A DNA stretch of 64,000 nt from Camelus ferus (lineage: Eukaryota). Position numbers and translations under genes: made by a program. Shown here one piece after another: positions 1-13,204 of this stretch; position 1 is the first letter of the stretch, and every line of letters starts with the position of its first letter. The DNA lies in contig NC_045698.1 in assembly GCF_009834535.1 (NCBI RefSeq), positions 5,334,001 to 5,398,000 of the forward strand. The letters are read 5' to 3'. The notes beneath the pieces were generated by a model. That model was not told the DNA's origin, did not search any database, and saw nothing but the letters and a program-made list of their open reading frames with translations.

Positions 1-1198
1 TGCTCCTCTCGTGAGCAAGAATGAAGGGTCTGGACAATTTTCAAAGTGCCTCAACTAGAATCATTGTCTTTTTTATGGAGAAAAAAAAAAACAGAAAAGG
101 AAGATAGGAAGGAAGGGATGCGAAGGGAAACAACCTTCTATGCCCATATTTCAGGAGCCCACTTATTTTTACATCATAGACCTGTTCTTTTTCTCAGTAG
201 AATGCTCAGCTGGTGGCTCTTCATCATTTAGGCATGACTTGCATGCCTGTGTCATTCTGGGAAGTTCCAGGGTCGTTTTACTGCAACCCCGTCTCCTCGT
301 GGGGAGCAGTCAGCATCACAGCTTTCCCCCACGCTTCCTCTGGGGGTGGTTCTCTCCATGTAACTAAGGACACTTTCCTGCACTCTTCTTTTACCATAAT
401 ATTTTAATTGATAAATGCATCTATCTGCCAAAAACAAATAAGTGTTGCCAAGCATTGCCATTTTCCCTTAAAGGAAGTCCTTCATTTGTCTCTTTTAATG
501 AATTGGTGACAGGGTCCCAAAGTCGCTTTTAAATGATTTTTAAAAATTAGTTTCTTTTGAATGATACCTTATGCATGATTAAAGCTTTTAAGAGCTTTTT
601 ATTCTTCTCTTTTTTTTGTTAAAGAATGTGCACAATTGAAAAGCTTTAATCTCCTGGTTATTTTTTAACATTTTCCATTCAGGCTAAGTCATTATTAAGC
701 TCACAAATAAGCTGTATTGTCCGTCACCAACAGAACGTATTCACTGGGGATGTAGGTCATGCTAAGCACTAGAATTGCAAGTGGCATCTAAGATTGTTTG
801 TTGATGTACAAGGCAAGTAACAAATAAGGTTTCTCACAGTTCAAGACAGTACACACGGGTCCACTAGGAAAATTCCAAGGAGGTGTCAGCACGTGATCAG
901 TGCTTGATATACGCTGGTTGAAAAACTAGAAGTTACGACCAAAATGCTGCGTCATGGCCACGGCCGGCCTGATGCCTTAGCAGGCGGAGCTTGGCACTCA
1001 TGGTTTAGACGGGTGGTAGCCAGAGAGGAAGGCCCCTCCTCTAGGCTCAGAGCAGGAATCCTCTGCCACGAGGGGAATTCATAACAGTATTTCCGACAGT
1101 CTGAGAAATTCTGAATAAGAAAATGCCTGGAAAATTGACCAAGAATTAACGGAAGAAGAGGCTATGCCTAGAGGGTGATGTGATTTCCTTCTCTTTAG

Positions 1199-1357
1199 GA
1201 AAGTGAGGGACGCCACCGGAGTTGACATCAACATGCGTGTGGGCGTGCATTCCGGGAATGTCCTCTGCGGCGTGATCGGTCTGCAGAAGTGGCAGTACGA
1301 CGTGTGGTCCCACGACGTCACCCTGGCCAATCACATGGAGGCCGGAGGGGTCCCTGG
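1199..1357 (+). CDS. ADCY2: ADCY2 coding exon (~exon 8, 159 nt, phase 2-2), C1a catalytic domain
   Basis: Acceptor ctctttag|G and donor GG|gtaagg. Encodes [53 protein letters not shown], the class III cyclase signature. Confidence 0.97.
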
Positions 1358-2141
1358 GTAAGGCGGGATGCTGGCTTTCTGGGTTAGGAATAATAGGCGG
1401 ACAGGTTAGTAACTGCTCAGGGCTTGGAAATCTCCCTTGCCTTGGTCAGCTAGCACCAGGGCACTCTTGCCCAGTGGACTCTTACATTAACCAGAGGAAC
1501 ATGAACTCTCAAGCCCCAGTTCCACCACCCCCATGACCCGTGGCCAGAGAATGTGGATATCAGATCATAATTACAGACTTTCACTTACTTGCATATTTAC
1601 GAATAGAGACCTCAGTTAAAGATGTTTCATAGTGCAGTGCAGAAATGGCATTTCTCTCTATTGCTGATAACCTCTGAAACCAGTTCTATTAAAATAAGCA
1701 GACTGTACCACCTGGATAGATGGAATCTTGATGCAGGTGCTATGATTTACAGAAGCATAAAAATAAGGGAAAAGAAAGAAAGCCCATTCTTTTGTACGGA
1801 TCTGCACACTTCCTAAAATGACTTTGGCATGCATTTCAAAAAAATACCCTCATACCCCCAAATTTGCTATGATCAGGTTTTATTTGCTGTAACTCGCCAT
1901 GTGGGTTTCTGCAAGTGCAGAGAAGCTCCCAATATTCGTAGCGAGTGACATCTGGGAGCATATTTCCAACGCAGTGGCTAAGAGACTGTAAGCCTTAATT
2001 ATAGTCAATTTTACCAAGAACACGTAACCTTTCCTTCACTTGGGGAAGGAGAGATCCTTTCTGAAAACACAAATAAGTAGAAAATCTTCCTGCACGTTCC
2101 TTCTTCTCTGTCTTGATTGTGGTTTTAAAATGGAATTTCAG

Positions 2142-2274
2142 ACGTGTTCACATTTCTTCGGTCACCCTGGAACACTTGAATGGGGCTTATAAAGTGGAGG
2201 AAGGAGATGGCGACATCAGGGACCCATATTTAAAGCAGCACCTGGTGAAAACCTACTTTGTAATCAACCCCAAG
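2142..2274 (+). CDS. ADCY2: ADCY2 coding exon (~exon 9, 133 nt), end of C1a
   Basis: Acceptor tttcag|A and donor AAG|gtcagt. Encodes RVHISSVTLEHLNGAYKVEEGDGDIRDPYLKQHLVKTYFVINPK. Confidence 0.97.
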
Positions 2275-2909
2275 GTCAGTCTTGTTGAATCTGTAATTAG
2301 CTTATGACTTCCGTGATTACAAGGGAAAGGGACAAATTACTGGCATGGAAAAGTGTTTTTAGTCAAGAGTAATTCTTTGCTAATCTTTGCCTCTAAAATT
2401 GCTTTAAATGCATATAGGTTTTGTAGCTATGAACTCAAATATTTATTAAAGAAACAGTCGGCATGAATTGCTTGTTTATATGACAGGGGTATTTTCTGTG
2501 TCACGAGGTTGTGTGTGTTAGTCAGTGTTAATCAATGTGTATGTTGGTCCGTGATGCTTCTGAAAGTCCACGATGGGTCCTGACTGACTGTCGGGAAATT
2601 AAAGAAAGGTGAAGATTTTTCTCAGGGCTTCAGATGATAAAAATCGAAAGAGGTGAAGTAGGATGAAAAGATAAGAAAAAGGGAAAGCAGACATTTCTAA
2701 AAGATTCACAGCTAAATATCACATACACATTTGTGTGAGTACGTTCTGTGCAGACGTTTAACTTTGATACAGTGAAACCCTCCTGACCCGGAAGACCATC
2801 CCACCCATGCAGACAGTGGCTGTCTCTTACCCTTTTCACGCCACGTGTCGCACCAGAGCAGGGGGCTTAGGGCTCTCATTTTTCACCCTTTTTCAAATTC
2901 CTGCCAACT

Positions 2910-3000
2910 GAGTATTATTGCTATTCACAGATTAAAAAACTGAAGCTCTGAGGGGTTATGTAACTTCCTTGAAATCACGGGCTTGGTAAATAGTGCAGAT
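2910..3000 (-). mobile_element. MIR SINE fragment
   Basis: attcacagattaaaaaactgaagctctgaggggttatgtaacttccttgaaatcac resembles the MIR core in antisense. Confidence 0.6.
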
Positions 3001-3637
3001 ATCAGCAAGAAACACCCCTGAATTGTCAAAACCAGTGTCACAAAATCCACGAGATCAAGTGTATGGCTGTTTAGTCACAACAGCCTCCCTAAAACCTCAG
3101 TTTCATCCTTGGAGACAAACTTCCCACTCACTTGACAGCTGATCTGGAGACAGATGTGTGGCAAGCAGGAAGAATTCTGAGGTGGTGGGGCAGGGGGTGG
3201 TGCAGGGAAAGGTATGAAAAAAAATGGTGTACAAAGAACGCTGTGTTCAAGCAAAGAACACCGTGGGTATTGGAGGCCATTTAGCATCCAAAAACAGCCC
3301 CTTCTCTACAGCCATCACTTTAGGAAAAAACACAACCATCAAGAAAACATTGAAACAGATCAGCGTATTCTGTTGAAGAATTAACTTTATTAAAATGGCC
3401 TTTAAAATGGCTATTATTTGTTCCTAAGTTTCAATTACAGGTAAGTCTTGCTGTCTGAAAAAAAATCACTCAGCTGAAGCAGCTTGTGACACTGAATACC
3501 AGTCACGCTGAAGGACTGAGGGCGGAAGCCATGGAGGGTGATGGCACGATGCTTAGCCAGAGGAACTTCTTGGGGGGCGGAGCAGGACGGAGGGCGGGTG
3601 TATGTACCAGGTGTAGCACTTCCTTTCTCACCCCAAG

Positions 3638-3814
3638 GGAGAACGACGGAGTCCCCAGCACCTCTTCAGGCCTCGGCACACCCTCGACGGAGCCAAGATG
3701 CGGGCCTCCGTGCGCATGACCCGGTACCTGGAGTCCTGGGGGGCGGCCAAGCCCTTTGCACACCTGCATCACAGAGACAGCATGACCACGGAGAACGGCA
3801 AGATCAGCACCACG
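3638..3814 (+). CDS. ADCY2: ADCY2 coding exon (~exon 10, 177 nt, phase 0-0), C1b with PFAHL motif
   Basis: Acceptor ccccaag|GGA and donor ACG|gtaccc. Encodes GERRSPQHLFRPRHTLDGAKMRASVRMTRYLESWGAAKPFAHLHHRDSMTTENGKISTT. Confidence 0.96.
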
Positions 3815-4719
3815 GTACCCCCCCCCCCACCCCCGTGCTAGGCCACAGCTAGTTCCCCAAAGCAAAAGGCATCTCCTACCGTAATTGCTTTTGCCTGTAT
3901 TGAGGCCAGCGTACCGTCTTCTCGGAGAGGCCCCTTACCAATAGCTCTCAGACAGACATCCACGAGCGCCAGCCTGGCGTTGCTGAGGGTTTTAACCTAG
4001 GATGATTTTGCATTAGAACTTCAAGCCCAAGACAGTGTAGTAACTGAATATAATTGAGCTCTTTTGTTTTGACCCAAGTTTGTGTTTTGCTTTTGCTATC
4101 ATGAGGTAGAAAGCCTGAGCATCTTGATAAAAGACCAGAGGAAGGCGTGGTGTCCTTGGGGTTCGTGCAGCCTCATTAGAACTGTCTCTGCATCACTCGT
4201 GTGTCCAGGCTGTGGCAGGGGCAGCGTGCATCATGCTATAGTAGCTCCTCATTTACATCATTCTAGCTTCCAACAGGGAATAAAGTCCCAGTGCTCCTTA
4301 CAACAGGGACGTTTTCCGTCAGATGGCTGAAATGCAGACGGAAAACAGAAAAACTCACGAGGGAAAAGTAAATACAGTAATCACTTAGAATAACCCCAAT
4401 GGTATAGTCAGATTTTTTAAAATTCTCTGAGTAAAATTCCATGTAGAATGGCAATAACTGTATGCAGGGTGCCGTTGGGGTGAACTAGAAAATGGGATGT
4501 TAGATAATTCTTATTAGCTGATGAGAAAAAAAATGCCAGATAAAAGCGAGTATTTCCCATCTCCCTGTGTCGCGCACCTCCCAGCACGTCGCAGTCACAC
4601 GCCCAAGCCCAGTAGGCAGGGCTTAGCATTCTTGTTTTGTCTGAGTTCTCTCAACTTCCTTTGTTCTCAACTTCATCAGCAGTCAGCAAAAGGAGGTCAT
4701 TAGGGGTGAGAGGCTCTGA

Positions 4720-5280
4720 GGTAATCATGTCTAATTTGTTCTGATACAGTGGAAAGTTGTTAGAGGGTCTTAAGCAAGGAACAGGCATAGTATAATTAGT
4801 GCTCTGGGTGGCGGAGCAGGAGGGCTGGGGTCCAGGTGAGGATGGTCCCCTCTTGTGCTGAGATTTTAGTAGTGGAAACAGAAGCAAGTTCGGTATGTAA
4901 TCTAAAAGTGGAGCAAATAAGACTTGGTGATGGAGTGGAGGTGTGTGAAAAGGAGGATCAGAGATGAATCCGTACTTTTTTCGGCTGTGCACCTGGAAGG
5001 ATGATGATACTGTTAACTGAGATGACAGACCCTCGGGAAAGGTCCAGTGATTTGGAATGGAAAAATCCAGACTTTGCTAATGGGCATCTTCCAATCCGTA
5101 TGCCTTTTAGTCATCTAAGTGCCGCTGGGAAGGTGGCATTCGGATGTGCAAGTCTGGAAGTCGGGGCAGAGGTCCCAGCTGGAACTGTGACTGACAGTCG
5201 GCAGGTTCTAGATGATGCTTGAAGCCACAGAGCTGGGTGAGATCGTAAGAAGAGAAAAGGTCCAACGAGTGGGGCCAGGG
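4720..5280 (-). mobile_element. LINE-2 fragment
   Basis: Purine-rich L2-like motifs (gagggtcttaagcaagga...; gatgatactgttaactgagatg; gtgagatc). Boundaries are approximate. Confidence 0.55.
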
Positions 5281-5474
5281 GCAACTGGGGCCTTCCAGCA
5301 GCTAGGCCTGTTAGAGGAAAGCATTCCGAGAGCCTGGAATCTAGGTGTCGGGGCCAATGGGTGCTTCTGTCCCTCCTGTGAAAAAAATTGGATACTTTTG
5401 TCTCAACACTGCATTTATTGTTGGCACCAATGGCTAATAACTACGTCTCTCACTGATTTGTTATAAGCCGATGA

Positions 5475-5536
5475 TTGGTTGAGTGGTTGGTGTGCTGTTT
5501 GCTTGGTTGGTAGGTTGGTTGGTTTGTAGGTTGGTT
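5475..5536. repeat. Imperfect (GGTT)n microsatellite
   Basis: ttggttgagtggttgg...ggttggtaggttggttggtttgtaggttggtt. Confidence 0.7.
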
Positions 5537-6019
5537 TTCAAGAAACAGGAATCATATATAAATATGTGAACATGATTTCCGTGCTGTTTCATACGTGGAC
5601 CTGTGAAAACAGACCTTGCGTTTCCAGCGTGCTGCTGCTGTCGCTGTGGTTGCTAATTTCTTATCAGGCTTCATTGTCTCAGGACTTCAGAGTGACTGTC
5701 TCCCTTACTCTGTCAGCATGGCCCCCAGGGAAAGATTTCCACCTGACTTAAGTCTGTGGCCACGTGGGGGCCAAGGTGCCTCCTTCAGGAGAGAGCTGCC
5801 AGTACTTTGAGCTTCAGGAGGTTGTGTGTAAAAGTCAGCAGACTTCTGGAGCAAGCTCAGTTTCCCTGACCAGTCACGGATACAGAGCCTCGGCGCCGCC
5901 TTAGCGGCGAAGGAGAACACCTGGAGGAAATCCTGAGGCTTCGCTTAGCACACGAAGCCCACAGGACTGCGACTTCGCCGCGTCCCTCACTCACTTTCAG
6001 AAAGATCCCATTGGCGTTC

Positions 6020-6219
6020 TTTTTTTTTTTTTAACATTTTTTATTGATTTATAATCATTTCACAATGTTGTGTCAAATTCCAGTGTAGAGCACAATTTTT
6101 CAGTTATATGTGAACGTATATATATTCATTGTCACATTGTTTTCTCTGTGAGCTACCGTAAGATACTACTCAGCCATAAAAACCGACAACATAATGCCAT
6201 TTGCAGCAACATGGATGCT
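6020..6219 (-). mobile_element. Short L1 insertion with 5' inversion and an 11-bp TSD
   Basis: Poly-T plus antisense L1 3'UTR (6020-~6163), then a sense ORF2-end segment (tactactcagccataaaa...atttgcagcaacatggatg). TSD CATTGGCGTTC at 6009-6019 and CATTGGCATTC at 6220-6230. Confidence 0.8.
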
Positions 6220-6631
6220 CATTGGCATTCCTATTAAGACATTCCAGGGTCGAACAACTGTCATTACCAAAGTTATTTCGTCTAATCCCCGATGCAGAAC
6301 CTCATTGACTCTTGATTTAACATTGATAGAACTGGTGAATAATGCATTATTTCACGTTATGTAATAAAACTTGGAGTTCAGTTATTATTTTTTTAAGCCT
6401 TACCTTCCCTCGGGTAAATACATTTCCTGATCCCACCTTGGAGATCAAAGCCACAGAGAAAAGCTTCTTCAGAGCTGCTTTGTTCCAACTTTTAATTTCC
6501 ACCACAAATGTATGAAAGTGAACCTGGTTTTTTTTAAGTCTATTATTGCACATTTGGCCGTGGGTTCAGTGTCTGCCTCTCACTGGTTCTTTTCAGGACT
6601 CTTATGTAGATATCTTCCTTTCATCAATGAT

Positions 6632-6636
<5 letters not shown>

Positions 6637-6688
<52 letters not shown>
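6637..6688. repeat. (TA)26 microsatellite
   Basis: Perfect TA run. Confidence 0.95.
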
Positions 6689-6692
<4 letters not shown>

Positions 6693-7015
6693 CAACGATT
6701 CTTGATTTCACATACTTAACCCATGGTACCATTTCTAAACAGCTCAGTTCAGTGATAAGAATTGACTACAGATTTTGTGATTATGTTTGTGTTTTAAAGC
6801 ATTTTTAAAATTTTTGTCTGATGCCAAAACTACATTTCCACATGATTTAAGTTGCCTACAGTAACTTTCATGACAGTCCTTGTAACAGTCTTCTGCAGTG
6901 TTTGAAATCATATCTGCACATATCAGGATGTTATTTTTTTTGTTTAATTTCACTGTTACTTATTATTGAGAGGAAGTCAGGTTTCTCACATTCCTGATCA
7001 AAATGCAGAGCCCCT

Positions 7016-7347
7016 TTGTTATTGAAGTCTAGTCAGTGTACAGTGTTGTGTCAAATTCTGGTGTACAGCATAGTGAATCATTTACATATATACATGTGTA
7101 TATATATATATATATATATATGTTTCTTTTCATATTCTTTTTCATTATTGGCTGTTACAAGGTATTGAATACAGTTCCCTGTGCTATAGAGTAGGACCTT
7201 GTTGTCTGTCTATTTTGTATATAGTCGTTAGTATCTCCCAATCCTGAACTCCCGATTTATCCTTCCTCACCCCGTTTCCCCACTGGTAAGTTTGTTTTCT
7301 ATGTCTGTGAGTGTGTCTCTGTTTTGTAAATAAGTTCATCTGTGTTC
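7016..7347 (-). mobile_element. L1 3' end (cetartiodactyl-type 3'UTR)
   Basis: ttattgaagt...gttccctgtgctatagagtaggaccttgttg...gtaaataagttcat is typical of an antisense L1 3'UTR. Confidence 0.8.
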
Positions 7348-7588
7348 AGGATGTAAAGTTTAAAAGTCCAGACAACAATCCTGATTCTTCCAACATTCTA
7401 AATATAAACTGACCGTTTAATCTTGTTTCACATTTATAATTAAGTTCTTTTTCTCCACATGGGTAATTATTTGTTACCTAAATTATATTTTCTGTGGTAA
7501 AAAAAAAAGTATGTTATACATCACTACCATTGCAAGATTCTTAAAGTATGGTTTTGGCAGCTCATAACCTTTTTGTTTTTTTTAACAG

Positions 7589-7632
7589 GATGTACCAATG
7601 GGTCAGCATAATTTTCAAAACCGCACTTTAAG
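7589..7632 (+). CDS. ADCY2: ADCY2 coding exon (~exon 11, 44 nt), C1b
   Basis: Long T tract then aacag|GAT; donor AG|gtatgg. Encodes DVPMGQHNFQNRTL(R). Confidence 0.95.
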
Positions 7633-10600
7633 GTATGGTACATTGTTCCACTTTCTGATTTTTTAAATGCTTCATTTTTTTAACTTATTTCTCAAAGTAA
7701 TTATCAATTACAGTCATTTTGAAGGCTACTTTGGAAAAAAAGAGCAGCTACTTGTGAAAAGCCCTATTAAGTTGCTTTCAGCCTCTAAAAATAGGATTAT
7801 TGGTGTCGTTTTATTAGCATTGAGAGGGGGAAGGAGAATGCTGCCTAGTAAACACTTGAGAACTTTTGTTTCCTTAGACGCTGCTTCTTAATGTTAGTCT
7901 GTAGTCAGTCAAGAATTGAATTTTCTTAAAATGAGTATGTTACTTCATAGGGCATTTTTGTGTCAAATCTTCCAGGTAAAACCCAGATCAGTCCAACATT
8001 TCTGTAGTGAAAAGAAATGTAGCTCACGCTGTTCAGAAATGTAAAAAGCCTTCCCGCCGGTGTCCGGGAGCCCTGCTGCCTGTCGTCTTCCACGAGGTCA
8101 TGGGCACCAGTCCTTTCTCTCGTCTGTGTTCCTCTAGCTTTTGAGGCTCAGGGTTCTTCTTCAGCATTGGTCTGGGACTTACGTATTTCTTATTGAAGAT
8201 GTTAGGGTAATGAATGAAAGGCCCAAAACTTAAGTCAGCCTTTCTTGCCCCACAGAGACGGGAGTTTATTCCTGTAGAAAATGCGTTACATCAAAGCAAA
8301 AGATGAACATAACTAGCTGGATCGTTACCTGCTAAGTCCTCGCAGACAGCGCACGCGAGTCCACGTCCCTCTGTGCGATTTCACTTTCGCTGTAATGAGC
8401 TCTAACTTGTATTTTGTGTAAAATCTGAAATGTAGCATTGACACATAAAATTATAGGCCTATGTTATAGGGATAATTGGGTCCTTGGCCTTTTGAATTGT
8501 TATTTTTTTACGTGGCAAATGCCCTATTAGAGAGAACTTAAGCCACTTTAAGGAGTATTTTGGACCCCGTCACGTGCCTTGAGGAGGCGTGACTCTTCAG
8601 GCCAGTGAGATGCGAGCTCACCTGCCAGCAACTGCCCGCAGAAGTGTCACGGACACCCTTTCTCTTTATATTCGCTGTGTCCTGTGATCTGTCTGCTCCT
8701 CGCTGCAGGTTTGCTGTAAGAATCTATTTCCTGCAGTTACTGGGGGAAGTGCCTGGTGCAGCGCGGTGTTCTGTGGCAGTGTCTTCTGAGTGAGCATAAG
8801 CTCTTATTTTTATCTACACCAGCAGATGGAAAATCTGAATCCATCCCTGCAGGGTCACTCCAATGTAGATGCTGTTGTCCTTGTCATTTTAGGAAGTGGG
8901 TACTGACGTTCTAGTTTAGAAGAACGACCAGAGTCATGCGTCTGGGGAGGCAAGGCCATGGTGTGCCCAGGCTCTGTGACTCCAAAGCCCGCGTTCCTAG
9001 CGGCTCCCCTGTCCTGCCTGCCCTACGGAGAGCCTCCTCCCTATAGACTCCTTCCTCTGTGGTGGCTGATCTGTGGTGGCCCCAGGCGTCATGGAGAAAG
9101 CTCGACTTCCGAGCCAGCCTCACCTGGGCTTCCCCGGCACATCCCGCCTTTGTAACACGGCCGAGGTCAAAAAACCTCTCTGAGCCTCCAGCCTGGCAGT
9201 GAGTTGGCATCACAGGGCAGTGGAGCATCATCTGAGATAATGCAGGACCTCTTCAGGAGAAAGAATGGAGAGGAATTGGAAAGAGGGCTTGGGGACAGCG
9301 AGTACTGGGGAAGCCAACAGTGGGGCCAGGGGCAGGAAGGTGGGAAACGCTGAGACACTGGAAGCCAGAGAAACAGGGCGCTGGTGGGTGAATTAAGAGC
9401 TCCTCGTGGGTGCGTGACCAGCCCCCAGGGTATCCTGTCATTTCTGTAGGAGAGATCACAAACCTGTGGAGACAAGGAAACTATCTACGTGTTAAGAACT
9501 GCTATCCAGAAAACGAGTGAATGCAAAGGATGCATAATAATGTGCATTTATCAGGAACTCCGTGTGCCACAGTTACCGCACCGCACAGGCATCATCTTAG
9601 CTCATCCTAACAGACTCACAGAGATGGTGCCACTGTTAGCCCTGGGCATATGGCTGGAGGATTTCCTTTTCCTGTGACCTTAAGGCGCTTACACTGTTTC
9701 TTCTTAGACTTGGTGAGACTTTTCAAAAAAGAAAGCCACCCAGTGGAAGTCGAGAATCTCAAGTGCAGGCAAGGGGCTGATAAAATTAAAATGAAGAGTC
9801 ATCAGTTTACTGAAGGTGGCTCCTCAGATGAGAATGAGCCCCACTGGGGGACTGCTAAGATTCCTTGCTTTTTCTAAGAGAGGGATCAAAATTAATTTGC
9901 TTCCAAATTTAGCTTGGAATTTGGCATGCTGAAACCTCTTCATTCAGTGGGCTTGGTGTCTCTAGGTGGACCACTTAATAGTATTCTGTTTTTGAACCAA
10001 ACCTGCCCTTGGCCTGTTTCAAGAAGGCAGGACCTGAAGGTAGGAATCCACAAACAATGATGTAATGTAACTGGATTACCCATCCATCTCATTAATGATA
10101 ATCCATAAGATTTAATTACAGATAAATATGACATTGCATATTTAATACTACTCTTATCTATATAGGGAGGCAGTTCTAAGGTCAGAAAAGTATTATTTTT
10201 GTTCCAGAGTGGAAGGGCTATTTGGTGAGCAGTTTAACCACCCGCAGCACGGAGAAGCCTCGTGCTGACCCCCGGCGGACCGGGGGCTTGTCCACACCTG
10301 GACTCAGACGTGGGCGGGCTCGGGCCGGTTTGGGAAGGGCCAGACTGTGCATAAACTCTTTACAGTAGTTGTTCAGCTTTTAAAAACAGGCATTATTTTG
10401 ATTTTCTCCTTGACATCATTCTCCTGCTAATTGTCAAGTTACCCTTGGAGAACCCAGTGTTGTTTTGGCACAGTTTATTTACAAAGCATTTCATATGACG
10501 GCTGAAGAGTATTCGCTTCCGAGGCCAAGTGAGTGGTTTGCACCTGTCAGTAGGGTTTTCTGGGAACAGCGCTTTCAAAAACTGAGGACCGTTTAAATGC

Positions 10601-11069
10601 ATACACTTAAGCTCTGACGTGTCTCAAATAAGGCTGCAGCCTCTGCACATTCTTGAAAACTGACCAAGGAAAACACGAAGCAGGAATGATTGTTTCGTCA
10701 ACCAAACCAAGTTTTTGCAAGACAGGTTCCAAAGCCAGTGTGTTCTGTCACCTGAATAAAGTTTATGAAGGCAACGATTCTAGGGCTAATGCATTTCTTA
10801 GGACGGAAGTTTCTTTTATCTTAAACACTAAGTACACGTCTGTCAGTGTTGCTTTTTAATTTTGTTCTAAGTGAGTTGTAAGGCAACGTTTTACTCAGTG
10901 CACAGTGGCTCTGTGTTAACAGGGACAAGGCTGCACGTGGACTATTGTTTCCTCTTTTAAAAAATTCAGTGAACAGAATCAGAAAAAGCTTTTGGCGTCA
11001 CAGAGCAACGAGCTTGCTGTTTAGTTTCGTGGTGATATTCTTACCCATAATATTTCCTCCTTCATGTAG

Positions 11070-11150
11070 AACCAAGTCACAAAAGAAAAGATTTGAAGAG
11101 GAATTAAATGAAAGGATGATTCAAGCAATTGATGGAATTAATGCACAAAA
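11070..11150 (+). CDS. ADCY2: ADCY2 coding exon (~exon 12, 81 nt), C1b
   Basis: Acceptor catgtag|A and donor AA|gtgagt. Encodes TKSQKKRFEEELNERMIQAIDGINAQ(K). Confidence 0.96.
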
Positions 11151-11632
11151 GTGAGTACTTTTAAATCTTAAATTATCATCCATCTCTCATTTCAACCCTA
11201 TTCTTTGAAAATAATGACATATTTTCCAAAAGAATTTCACCACAAACTCGGTAATACTTATCATGACAAAGCCAAGTTCGCTGAGACAGATCATTCATTT
11301 CGCCTCAGTCATCCTTAATAATAGCTTTTGTTAACAGTATTTCATCTTCTGAAAAAATTTTAATTCCTGCCTAATAGATCCTCCCCAAGTAGCTTACCGA
11401 TAAACAACATGATATGTAATCATAGACGGGAAAACGTAACATATTCAGTAAGTATTTTTTAAAGCTCTGTAGAGATTCCACATGAGAGAAACATTATTGT
11501 GTGACACTAGAGTGTTAGAAGCTGAATTCATGGAGGCAGTGGGAGGAAGACTGATTCTTTGGAGGGCAAAATATCCTTCAGTCTATGAAGCCAAGAATTG
11601 CTGTTGTCATTTTAAGTGGTCCAAGAATAAGG

Positions 11633-11783
11633 AGGGGGAGGGTATAGCTCAGTGGTAGAGGGTGGTGCTTAGCATGCACGAGGTCCTAGGATCAAACCCC
11701 AGTACCCCCATTAAAAAATAAATAAATAAACCTAGTTATCTCCCCCACAAAAATACAAATAAAATGTTTTAAAAAAAATTTAC
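11633..11783 (+). mobile_element. tRNA-Ala-derived SINE (camelid vic-1-like) with TSD
   Basis: Head ggggagggtatagctcagtggtagag...cttagcatgcacgaggtcc followed by an A-rich tail. TSD core TGGTCCAAGAAT at 11617-11628 and 11784-11795. Confidence 0.85.
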
Positions 11784-13204
11784 TGGTCCAAGAATGCAGG
11801 AGAAAAGATTTAAAGAGGGTGGTGGCTTTCATGGCCCGGACAGAATGATTACATGCACCAGCCTTCAGATTCTCCTTAGACGCGCACGTCCTGCTGAATT
11901 CAGGGAGGACCCGAGGTCAGCGCCTCAGTAGTGCCTGGTGCTCATCACACGCTCCATAAATGTTTGTTGAGTTCCGTTGTCGTGAAACCCTTAGCAGATC
12001 CAAATGCAAAGCTTTTATGGAAAAGTTTCCATGCTGATGGAAACGTATTTAATTTTTACTGTAAGAGTTGACTCTTGGAAAGTGTAAATGATTTTCACCT
12101 AGAACTCTGCCTCCAAAATGAGTGCCTCTTCTAGAGTGTTCCTCATAAGTGTTCATTTCAGCATATTTGCAGGACTTGTGTGAGCATCACAAGAGTGTAT
12201 GTGTGTGTACGTATGAAATCGCACGTATGCACAATAAAGTGTCTTGTCGGGTCAGAGCCGCAGTTCAGGTAAGCCGGCACCTTGGGTGGGCAGCTGCCTG
12301 GTCGCTTTGCACGCTCCAGAGGGACAAAGCCTCCCAGTGCCGTCCAGCGCGCAGGGCAGGCCAGCAGCGCCCAGACAGATGCTCTGTGTCCCCTGGTACC
12401 CCGACCAGTGTGAAAGACGGTCTCAGCTCCGTCCCACTTGAAGCCTCAGCCCCTCACAAACTGAGAACCATTGATTCCCCCGAATGTACTGGCAGCGGAA
12501 ACCCAAGTGGGTCTGATGTCGTATAATGTAGGTTCACTCAACCGGAGGAGACGCTTTGTGACCCACCTGGAAGAAATTACATCAGAAGAAAGAAGCAATC
12601 TTGTTCCTTGACAAAGTTTAGCCAATCACAATCATAACAGTACTCATTAAAAAAAAAAACAAAGAATGTGCAAGATCAGCCTCAGCAGGTCTTCAGGCAG
12701 GCCTCCTGCTTTCTGAAGCCACTTCCGTGCCCACCCTCTAGAGCCTTCCTGCTAAAGGGGTCTTAGGAAGCGCGGTTGTTGGCTTCGCTTGATTTCCATG
12801 AAGGCGGTTTGTGCGTCGTCTGTTGCGCTGTGGCATTTAGCGTGCACAGAATGCTTGGTTACCGCCTTTCTGTGTGAGGGTAATGTTTAACGTCAGCGTA
12901 ACGGCTTGTGTTGTAATTTTCCCAACACGTTTCCGAAATCAAATAGGGGAAGTGTCATGCTGTACTCAAAAATCAAAAGAGACACTTTTTTAAATGGAAG
13001 CTGTTACGCGTGTATTTTTTAATTAGCTTCCCTCCCATTCTGTTGTGCCCTGCTCATTAACTCCTCTTGTTCTTTGAGAAGATGTTCTGACCTTATCTGA
13101 TTTTCCACTTGAGGGTTTAACAGGGACTCCAGGATTGATGTGCCATTCGGTTGTTTTCTGCTGTTGACACAAAACAGTGATTTATACGCAAATAGTCCTG
13201 TGTT

